A DNA stretch of 64,000 nt from Escherichia phage AidaStucki_Bas93, in the sequence record PQ850593.1; one strand, given 5' to 3'. A program made the position numbers and the translations under genes. The notes under the pieces were generated by a model. That model ran no database searches and was not told where the DNA came from. It saw nothing but the letters and a program-made list of their open reading frames with translations. Shown here piece by piece: positions 1 to 7,661 of the stretch; position 1 is the stretch's first letter; every line of letters begins with the position of its first letter.

Positions 1-1542
1 ATGTCATTAGATAAACAAATTTATGAAGCTCTAACTGGTAACAACCTTAGTGTAGACGAAAAGAAAGCACTATTGAATATGTTGAAAGAGCGTGACCAAT
101 GGAGGAAGTATAATAAGATTTTGTCTTTCAAGGCGTATGACTTCCAAAAGAAATTTTATGCAGCAGGATTGAATCATCGCTTCAGATTCTTGTGTGCAGC
201 GAACCGTGTTGGTAAATCTTATAGCGAGGCATACGAGTTTGCTTGTCATGTCACAGGTCGCTACCCAACTTGGTGGACAGGGTATAAATTTAAAAGACCT
301 ATCTTAGCATGGGCAGTTGGTATTACAGGGGATTCAACAAGGAAGGTATTGCAAAAGGAGTTGTTTGGTACACCTATCGGAAAGGATACAAATTTATTAG
401 GGACAGGTGTCATTCCTCGTGATGCTATCGTCATTGATACGATAGAACGAGATGGTAACAAACTTCAAATCGTACAAATCAAACATCAAAATGAGAGAGG
501 AGAATTTGACGGTTTAAGTACATTAGAATTCCGTTCAACCCAACAGGGTGAACACACATTGATGGGTGCAACAGTTGACTACATTTGGTTAGACGAGGAA
601 GATCCATACGAGTCTATGGCTATATTCGCACAGTGCGTCACACGTACACTCACAACTAAAGGTCTAGTTACAATTACAGCTACACCAGAGAATGGTTTAA
701 CTGAACTGGTAGATAAATTTATGAAAGGTGAAGGAGATGAGAACACAGGTTCTCTATATTTCCAGAATGCTTCTTGGTGGGATGCTCATGTAGACCTAGG
801 TGGACACATCACTGACCAAGATATAAAAGATATGACTGAAGGTATTCCAGCGTGGCAGTTAGAGATGCGTTCAAAAGGTATGCCATTGTTAGGAAGTGGT
901 TTGATTTATGATATATCGGATGACATAATTAAATGTGAACCATTCGAAATTCCTGATACGTGGAAACGTGTCTGTGCAATTGATATTGGTATTGATCACC
1001 CAACTGCTGCTGTTTGGACAGCTTACGACGCAAACACGGATACTATCTATGTCTACGACTCATATAAAGAAGGTGGCTTTACTCCAGTGTATCATGCTCC
1101 AGCTATTAATGGTCGTGGTCAGTGGATTCCTGTCATCCTGCCGCATGATGCGGACAATATTGAGAAAGGTAGTGGTTCATCTGTTGCTCAATTCTATAAG
1201 AATGCAGGGGTTAATGTACAGAGTGAGACCTTCTACAACAAAATTGGAATGGATGGTAAAAAGAACTTCTTTGTAGAACCGGGAATCACAGATATCCGAG
1301 AAAGAATGATGAGTGGACGCTTTAAAATCTTTAACACAGCCGCTAACGCTAAGCTATTCGAAGAGAAAGCTAGATATCACCGTAAGGTTGGTAAGATTAT
1401 TAAAGAACACGATGACTTAATGGATGCAATGCGCTATTCAGCGTGTTCCGTTACACATCGTGGTCGCTCTAAGCATGATGCTAGCTACGGAAGCGCTTCT
1501 TTGTATGAGGCAAACGTAAGCAGATGGAATCAGAGCTACTAA
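1..1542 (+). CDS. terL: Terminase large subunit (ATPase + RNaseH-like nuclease). The ORF starts exactly at the window edge, so the N-terminus may be truncated.
   Basis: Walker A-like CAANRVGKSY and Walker B IWLDEED motifs. C-terminal acidic nuclease motif IDIGIDHPTAAVW. First gene of the structural arm, followed by the portal. Confidence 0.8.
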   Translation: MSLDKQIYEALTGNNLSVDEKKALLNMLKERDQWRKYNKILSFKAYDFQKKFYAAGLNHRFRFLCAANRVGKSYSEAYEFACHVTGRYPTWWTGYKFKRPILAWAVGITGDSTRKVLQKELFGTPIGKDTNLLGTGVIPRDAIVIDTIERDGNKLQIVQIKHQNERGEFDGLSTLEFRSTQQGEHTLMGATVDYIWLDEEDPYESMAIFAQCVTRTLTTKGLVTITATPENGLTELVDKFMKGEGDENTGSLYFQNASWWDAHVDLGGHITDQDIKDMTEGIPAWQLEMRSKGMPLLGSGLIYDISDDIIKCEPFEIPDTWKRVCAIDIGIDHPTAAVWTAYDANTDTIYVYDSYKEGGFTPVYHAPAINGRGQWIPVILPHDADNIEKGSGSSVAQFYKNAGVNVQSETFYNKIGMDGKKNFFVEPGITDIRERMMSGRFKIFNTAANAKLFEEKARYHRKVGKIIKEHDDLMDAMRYSACSVTHRGRSKHDASYGSASLYEANVSRWNQSY

Positions 1543-1548
1543 AGTAAG

Positions 1549-1580
1549 GGGAGGTTTGTCCTCCCTTCTTTTATTTAAGC
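1549..1580 (+). terminator. Rho-independent terminator or attenuator between terL and the portal gene
   Basis: GGGAGG ... CCTCCC stem with a 5-nt loop, followed by TTCTTTTATTT. Confidence 0.4.
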
Positions 1581-1602
1581 TATCAACCGAGGGAGAGAAT
1601 AG

Positions 1603-3846
1603 ATGGCTAAGCAAAAATATAGTGAAGAGGTGTTGGACGAGTTACGTGTTGACCTTCAACGTCGTTTTAATTACGCTCAAGGTTACGTTGACATGGCTGT
1701 TAAGGGCTATGCTCGTGAAGCTTGGGAATATTTCTATGGTAACTTACCTGCACCAGTAACTGCTGGCAGCTCTAGTTGGGTAGATCGTACTGTTTGGGAG
1801 TCTGTTAACGGTACGCTGCAAGATATTATTAACGTATTCTGTTCTGGTGATGAAGCAGTTATTTTCGTAGCTGATAACCAACAGGATTCTGATGCTGCTG
1901 ACGTAGCAACTAAATTAGTTAATCAAATTCTTCTGCGTGATAATCCGGGATACAACATTATCTCTTCTGCTGCACAAGAATGTCTGGTTACTCGTAACTC
2001 TTTTATCAAATATTATTGGGATGAGCACACTTCTACCCAAACCGAAGAAGCTGAAGGTGTACCACCGGAGGCATTGGCTGCATATGTTCAGGGATTAGAA
2101 GCTGGTGGACTCAAGAATCTGGAAATCTTCACTGAAGAAAACGAAGATGGTACAGTAGATGTTAAAGTTACTTATGAACAAACTGTTAAACGTGTGAAAG
2201 TTGAATATGTTCCTTCAGAGCAAATCTTTGTTGACGAACATGCTACCTCTTTTGCAGATGCACAATATTTCTGTCATCGTGTACGTCGTTCTAAAGAAGA
2301 TCTGGTTGCTATGGGCTTCCCTAAAGACGAGATTGAAGCATTCAACGACTGGACAGATACGATGGATACCACTCAATCTACAGTTGCTTGGTCTCGTACT
2401 GACTGGCGTCAGGACATTGATGCTGACATTGGTACAGATACCGAAGATATCGCTTCTATGGTTTGGGTTTATGAGCACTACATCCGTACTGGTGTTCTAG
2501 ATAAGAATAAAGAGTCTAAACTCTATCAGGTTATTCAAGCTGGTGAGCATATCCTTCACACTGAAGAAGTAACTCATATTCCGTTTGTAACCTTCTGCCC
2601 ATATCCGATTCCGGGTTCCTTCTATGGTCAGTCAGTCTATGACATTACGAAAGATATTCAGGATTTACGTACCGCGTTAGTTCGTGGTTATATTGATAAC
2701 GTCAACAATGCTAACTATGGTCGATACAAAGCACTCGTTGGTGCATACGATCGTCGCTCTCTGCTTGATAATCGTCCCGGTGGAGTGGTTGAAATGGAAC
2801 GTCAGGACGCTATTGACCTGTTCCCATACCATAACCTACCTCAAGGTATTGACGGCCTATTAGGTATGTCTGAGGAGCTTAAAGAGACACGTACTGGTGT
2901 AACTAAACTTGGCATGGGTATCAACCCTGACGTGTTTAAGAATGATAACGCTTATGCAACTGTAGGCTTGATGATGAATGCTGCACAGAACCGTCTCCGT
3001 ATGGTATGTCGTAATATTGCTCACAACGGCATGGTTGAATTGATGCGTGGTATTTACAACCTTGTCAGAGAAAACGGTGAAGTTCCTATTGAGGTACAAA
3101 CCCCTCGTGGTATGGTTCAGGTAAATCCGAAACAATTACCAGCTCGTCACAATCTTCAAGTTGTGGTAGCTATTTCTCCTAATGAGAAAGCAGAACGTGC
3201 ACAGAAATTAATTAGCTTGAAACAGCTGATTGCAGCAGATGCACAGTTAGCACCTCTCTTTGGTTTGGAGCAAGACCGTTACATGACTGCACAGATCTTT
3301 GAGTTGATGGGTATTAAGGACACTCATAAGTACTTACTGCCTCTGGAACAGTATCAGCCTCCTGAGCCGTCTCCGATGGAAATCCTCCAGCTCGAGATGA
3401 CTAAAGCACAGGTTGAGAACGTACAGGCTTCCTCTCAGAAAATGATTGCTGATGCATTCGACCAACGTGAACGTACTACATTCGAACAGCAGAAAGCTGC
3501 GGATGAGTTAAGTCTGCGTCAGGAAGAGTTGCAGTTCAAGCAAGAAAATGCAGCAGATGCTATGACTCTGGAAAACCGTAAAGAAGATAACAATGCAACT
3601 CTGGAACAAGCAAAGCACAAGTTAGCTCTTATGCAACAGCAGGTCCGTCAGTATGAGTCTGTACTGAAAGAATTGCAGATGGTTATGGAGCATCAGGTAG
3701 ACCAAGAGAAGATTGTTCAGCAATTTCGTGTTCAGGATAAAACTTTGGAACTCCAAAAGAAAGAAGCTAATGTAACTAAGAAAGAGCAACAAGCCTCTCT
3801 CAAAGATTCACGGATTCCAGGCAAACGTCTTGGAAGTAAAAAGTAA
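1603..3846 (+). CDS. Portal protein (747 aa) with a C-terminal coiled-coil tail
   Basis: Large ORF directly after terL and upstream of scaffold and capsid. RBS GAGGGAGAGAATAG before the ATG. Q/E/K-rich helical C-terminus as in podovirus portals. Confidence 0.6.
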   Translation: MAKQKYSEEVLDELRVDLQRRFNYAQGYVDMAVKGYAREAWEYFYGNLPAPVTAGSSSWVDRTVWESVNGTLQDIINVFCSGDEAVIFVADNQQDSDAADVATKLVNQILLRDNPGYNIISSAAQECLVTRNSFIKYYWDEHTSTQTEEAEGVPPEALAAYVQGLEAGGLKNLEIFTEENEDGTVDVKVTYEQTVKRVKVEYVPSEQIFVDEHATSFADAQYFCHRVRRSKEDLVAMGFPKDEIEAFNDWTDTMDTTQSTVAWSRTDWRQDIDADIGTDTEDIASMVWVYEHYIRTGVLDKNKESKLYQVIQAGEHILHTEEVTHIPFVTFCPYPIPGSFYGQSVYDITKDIQDLRTALVRGYIDNVNNANYGRYKALVGAYDRRSLLDNRPGGVVEMERQDAIDLFPYHNLPQGIDGLLGMSEELKETRTGVTKLGMGINPDVFKNDNAYATVGLMMNAAQNRLRMVCRNIAHNGMVELMRGIYNLVRENGEVPIEVQTPRGMVQVNPKQLPARHNLQVVVAISPNEKAERAQKLISLKQLIAADAQLAPLFGLEQDRYMTAQIFELMGIKDTHKYLLPLEQYQPPEPSPMEILQLEMTKAQVENVQASSQKMIADAFDQRERTTFEQQKAADELSLRQEELQFKQENAADAMTLENRKEDNNATLEQAKHKLALMQQQVRQYESVLKELQMVMEHQVDQEKIVQQFRVQDKTLELQKKEANVTKKEQQASLKDSRIPGKRLGSKK

Positions 3847-3855
3847 GGACGTCGA

Positions 3856-4092
3856 ATGAACATTAGGCATCAATTCAATAAAGAGCACGCCGCCGCTTTG
3901 GCGGCTCTCAACCTTAACGGCAGTCTTGACGCAGCATTAGAGGCATTGAAAGAGAGACTCATGACAGAAATAGTTCAAACTGAACCTCATGAGAATAAGA
4001 AACGCGAAGATTGTTATCAAAAGTATAAAATGGTGGGTAGCTTAAAAGAGGTCATAAAAGCTGCTATCAATAGTGCAGGAGATGTTTCATAA
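3856..4092 (+). CDS. Hypothetical 78-aa protein between portal and scaffold
   Basis: ORF with RBS GGACGTCGA. Stop overlaps the next start (ATAATG). Confidence 0.3.
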   Translation: MNIRHQFNKEHAAALAALNLNGSLDAALEALKERLMTEIVQTEPHENKKREDCYQKYKMVGSLKEVIKAAINSAGDVS

Positions 4093-5177
4093 TGCCACAA
4101 GATAATTATATTGACCCGAACGATTTTAAATCTTTCCTCCAACTGGATGACCTGAAGGGTTCTTTCAAAGAAGAACTTGGTCGATTAGAATCTGAACAAG
4201 AACCAGAAGTGGACATTGACGATGAGTTCCCGGAAAAAGATGGTGACGATTTCGACTTTGATACCGACCTTCTCGGTGAAAGCGATGAGCTTAAGTTCGA
4301 AGATGAAGATGGTTGGGAAGATCGTGATGAGGAAGGCGAAGTCGAAGAAGATGGGGACAACTCTGACGAAGGTGATGAAAACGCTGAAGTAGAAGAGGAA
4401 GACTCAAGCGATGCAGGATATGGAGATGATTCTGCTGACGGTGAAGGTGAAGTCTTTGATGTAGACTATGAAACCGTTATCACCCTTCCTGATGGACGTG
4501 AGATGACTATTGAAGAACTCTCCAATGGCTATCTTACTGGTGCTGATATGGCTGAACGTGAGACTACTCTTCAGCGTCACATGGAAGCATTTGAGGAACG
4601 TGTAGTAGGTTTGAAGGATGTATTAGAATTAGCGTCTTTAGAAGCAGACCGAGTAATTGAGGATTACAACGGTTTTGATTGGGACAAGCTTGCAGTAGAA
4701 GATCCTCAAGCATATGTTGAAAACAAACGTTTCCTAGAGAAGTATACAGCTCGTCGTAACCAGCTTGAACAGGCTCAGATCCGTATTAAGCAGGAAGCAG
4801 CAGCTAAAGAGCAGGAAGCTTTCCAAGCCAAGAGCATTGAATGTGTTAATATTCTGAAACGTGAGATTCCAAATTGGGATGAAAACTTATATCAAAACTT
4901 AATGCAATACGCAATTGACTTAGGTGCTACTGAAGAAGAAGTATTGAAGGAAAACCGTCCGTCTATTTTCCTAGCCCTTCACAAAGCATACCAATTTGAT
5001 AAAGGTAAGCAGCAGGTGATGGCTAAGATTAAACGTCCCGGTGCTCCACGCAAGGTTGTGAAGTCTGATGCTGCAAAGTCTCGCACTTCCAATAAGCCAG
5101 ACAACGCTAAGGTTGCCAAGGCATTCGCAGAGGGTCGCGTTAGTCACGAAGACGCATTCAAATTCCTCGTAGATTAA
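4092..5177 (+). CDS. Putative scaffolding protein (highly acidic N-terminal half, helical C-terminal half)
   Basis: Position between portal and capsid. Very long D/E-rich run (EDEDGWEDRDEEGEVEEDGDNSDEGDENAEVEEEDSSD). Coiled-coil-prone remainder. Confidence 0.5.
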   Translation: MPQDNYIDPNDFKSFLQLDDLKGSFKEELGRLESEQEPEVDIDDEFPEKDGDDFDFDTDLLGESDELKFEDEDGWEDRDEEGEVEEDGDNSDEGDENAEVEEEDSSDAGYGDDSADGEGEVFDVDYETVITLPDGREMTIEELSNGYLTGADMAERETTLQRHMEAFEERVVGLKDVLELASLEADRVIEDYNGFDWDKLAVEDPQAYVENKRFLEKYTARRNQLEQAQIRIKQEAAAKEQEAFQAKSIECVNILKREIPNWDENLYQNLMQYAIDLGATEEEVLKENRPSIFLALHKAYQFDKGKQQVMAKIKRPGAPRKVVKSDAAKSRTSNKPDNAKVAKAFAEGRVSHEDAFKFLVD

Positions 5178-5218
5178 TCGACAAATTAATTATTTAATAG
5201 TATAGGAGCTAACATAAC

Positions 5219-6280
5219 ATGGCTAATCCAACTTTATTTGTATCGTATGACCAGAATGGTAAAAAACTTTCTTTTGCTAACTGGATTTCTGTTCTGTCCC
5301 CTCAGGATACCCCGTTCGTATCTATGACCGGTAAAGAGTCTATCAACCAGACTATCTTTAGCTGGCAGACCGATGCACTGGCAAGCGTTGACGGTAATAA
5401 CGCACACGTCGAAGGCTCTCGTGCTGAAGACGGCGAAATGAAACCGACTGTTATCAAATCTAACGTTACTCAGATTCTGCGTAAGGTTGTTCGTGTTTCT
5501 GATACTGCTAACACCACCGCTAACTACGGTCGTGGTCGTGAACTGATGTATCAGCTGGAGAAGAAAGGTAAAGAGATCAAGCGTGACCTCGAGAAAATCC
5601 TTCTGTCCGGTCAGGCTCGTACCGATGTTCTGGCTGACCAATACCTGACTAACTCCGCAACTGATCCTGCAGCTGTTGGTCTGAACGACACCCACGCAGC
5701 TCGTAAGACTGGTGCTTTCCAGTTCCTGTGTGCACACAACGGTGTTTCTGCTGGTGTTGTTAAGAAAGAAAATGGCCCTGCTGATCCGGATACTGGTGCA
5801 GTAACTGTTAAAGTTGCACAGAATGCTTCTAACCCGACCACTAACGTTGGTTTTGATGAAGCTGATATCTTTGATATGACTCTGCAACTGTACACTGCTG
5901 GTTCTGAAGCAGATATCATCATGATCAACCCTGCTCATGCTAAGATCTTCGCTGGTCTGCAAGAAAACACTCAGGGTTCACGTAAGCGTATCTTTGAGAA
6001 CACCAAGCAGTTCATCTACGAAGTTAACAGCATCACTGACCCGCTGGGCCAGAACTACAAAATCATCGTTAACCGTTGGATGCCTACCGATGCAGTTTAC
6101 TTCTTCCGTAGCGCTGACTGGACTCAGATGGTCCTGCGTGCTCCGAAACGTACTGAACTGGCAAAAGATGGTTCTTATGAGAAGTGGATGATTGAAATGG
6201 AAGTTGGTCTGCGTCACCGCAACCCTTATGCTTCCGGAGTTCTGTTCACTGCTGCGGGAAAGTTGGATCCGCAACAGTAG
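5219..6280 (+). CDS. Major capsid protein (353 aa)
   Basis: Strong RBS TAGGAGCTAACATAAC upstream of the ATG. Highly biased codon usage typical of abundant structural proteins. Directly precedes the Ig-like extension ORF. Confidence 0.7.
   Translation: MANPTLFVSYDQNGKKLSFANWISVLSPQDTPFVSMTGKESINQTIFSWQTDALASVDGNNAHVEGSRAEDGEMKPTVIKSNVTQILRKVVRVSDTANTTANYGRGRELMYQLEKKGKEIKRDLEKILLSGQARTDVLADQYLTNSATDPAAVGLNDTHAARKTGAFQFLCAHNGVSAGVVKKENGPADPDTGAVTVKVAQNASNPTTNVGFDEADIFDMTLQLYTAGSEADIIMINPAHAKIFAGLQENTQGSRKRIFENTKQFIYEVNSITDPLGQNYKIIVNRWMPTDAVYFFRSADWTQMVLRAPKRTELAKDGSYEKWMIEMEVGLRHRNPYASGVLFTAAGKLDPQQ
6255..6261 (+). other. Candidate -1 programmed ribosomal frameshift site G_GGA_AAG, 7 codons before the capsid stop codon
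   Basis: X_XXY_YYZ heptamer in the capsid reading frame. The -1 frame is open from 6196 through the Ig-like ORF. Confidence 0.5.
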
Positions 6281-6285
6281 ACAGT

Positions 6286-6798
6286 GTGACTGTTAGCCCT
6301 GCGTCTGTAGAAAGTCTAGAGACAGGGGCTACTCAGCAGTTTACTGCAAGCGCTGAGAAGAGTGACGGCTCTACCGAAACAACTGGCTTTACTTGGTCAG
6401 TAACAGGAGGCGGTTCTATCACTCAGTCTGGTTTGTATACTGCTCCGAGTGCGGCTCAATCCACTGATGTATCCATTACTGCGACTTTAGAGGGTGTTTC
6501 TGGTACAGCAACCATTTCTGAAATTGTTGATCCTGCCCCTACTATTGTAGCTAAGGGTCCAATTACAGGTAAAACTGGTGGTTCTTCCACTAACTTCACT
6601 ACCATGTTTACTGTAACTAATTCTACTGCTGCGGATTACACGTTTGTTGTAACCCCTGCAGAAGCTGGTACAGTAAGCGCTGCTGGTGCGTTAACCTTAG
6701 ATGATGCTGCAAGTGGCGAAGTTACTGTTCAAGCAAGTTTGACAGCTGACCCGTCCATCAATGCAACATGCACTTTTACTGGTGTAACACCTGCTTAA
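6286..6798 (+). CDS. Ig-like (Big_2) domain protein. It is most likely the C-terminal extension of a frameshifted capsid-Ig fusion rather than an independent gene.
   Basis: The annotated start is a GTG with no Shine-Dalgarno sequence. The Big_2-like segment TVDSVTVSPASVESLETGATQQFTA begins upstream of that GTG, in the -1 frame of the capsid gene. Confidence 0.6.
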   Translation: MTVSPASVESLETGATQQFTASAEKSDGSTETTGFTWSVTGGGSITQSGLYTAPSAAQSTDVSITATLEGVSGTATISEIVDPAPTIVAKGPITGKTGGSSTNFTTMFTVTNSTAADYTFVVTPAEAGTVSAAGALTLDDAASGEVTVQASLTADPSINATCTFTGVTPA

Positions 6799-6805
6799 AA
6801 CTAGA

Positions 6806-6830
6806 CCCTGCCTTCGGGCGGGGTTTTTTC
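6806..6830 (+). terminator. Rho-independent terminator after the capsid/Ig unit
   Basis: CCCTGCC TTCG GGCGGGG stem followed by TTTTTTCGTTTT. Confidence 0.75.
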
Positions 6831-6857
6831 GTTTTAAGACCTATACAAGCCAGCGTG

Positions 6858-6866
6858 TAATGTATA
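6858..6866 (+). promoter_or_regulatory. Phage late promoter element TAATGTATA (candidate -10 for the phage-encoded sigma factor)
   Basis: Exact 9-mer TAATGTATA about 35 nt upstream of the ORF at 6900. The same 9-mer recurs upstream of other late genes (23943; 33392) and in reverse orientation at 33320. Confidence 0.5.
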
Positions 6867-6899
6867 TTCTTTGTCTACATATAACAAGGAGGACAACCT

Positions 6900-7652
6900 A
6901 TGGCAATGCCAGATGTTCAATACCCCATCAATACCTATGGGTGGCTAAAGAAGGCCGTGGCCCTCTGGGCAGATAGGGACGATGACGAATTTGTTAATCA
7001 AATTCCAAACTTTATTAACTTTGCAGAGAAAGAGATTTATCGTAACTTACGTATCCCTCCTCTGGAAAAAGAAGTGTACTTAGATATTAAAGATGGAGTA
7101 GCTTACATTCCTCCTGATTACTTAGAAGCTCAATGGATGATGAGAGCCAAAGATGGTACAATCTTCCAAGTAACATCTCCTGAAGAGATTAGCTATCGTA
7201 GACAGCATGGAACAATTAACCCATCTCATTGGAATAACCAACCTGTTAACTTTGCTCGTTTCGGTAGTCGTTTCATTTTCTACCCTAGCATCGAAGCAGA
7301 CACTCCGTACTATCCTGATGATGGAAGTCCTTTGATTCCAGCAGAAAACTCAGTAATTCTTAGTTATTATGCAGACCCACCGGAATTTCATGAAGATACA
7401 GATACCAGTGCTATCCTTACTATTGCACCAGAACTTCTTCTGTATTTCACTCTACGTCATGCTTGCTTGTTTGTTCAAGATGATAATGGAGTTCAGAAAT
7501 GGTCAGCATTAGGGAAAGCTATCCTTGATGAAATGGTAGAACAGAATAAGAAACAAGAGTACTCAGGTTCACCTATCGCAATTCCGAATAACATGACTCG
7601 ACTTCAGAGCAGCTTGCCTGATATTTATGGTATTCGTACTTCTCGTGTATAA
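6900..7652 (+). CDS. Hypothetical virion protein (250 aa)
   Basis: RBS AAGGAGGACAACCT upstream. Lies within the structural operon. Confidence 0.4.
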   Translation: MAMPDVQYPINTYGWLKKAVALWADRDDDEFVNQIPNFINFAEKEIYRNLRIPPLEKEVYLDIKDGVAYIPPDYLEAQWMMRAKDGTIFQVTSPEEISYRRQHGTINPSHWNNQPVNFARFGSRFIFYPSIEADTPYYPDDGSPLIPAENSVILSYYADPPEFHEDTDTSAILTIAPELLLYFTLRHACLFVQDDNGVQKWSALGKAILDEMVEQNKKQEYSGSPIAIPNNMTRLQSSLPDIYGIRTSRV

Positions 7653-7661
7653 GGAGATAAT

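Noticed and set aside
5234-6274. Long antisense or alternative-frame ORFs inside the capsid gene (242 aa, 105 aa and 98 aa on the minus strand; 84 aa on the plus strand)
   Set aside because: They are embedded entirely within a strongly supported, highly expressed gene on the opposite strand or another frame. They have no RBS, and their composition is low-complexity Ser/Thr/Cys-rich, typical of shadow ORFs. The same reasoning applies to the many 60-120 aa shadow ORFs listed inside other large genes.
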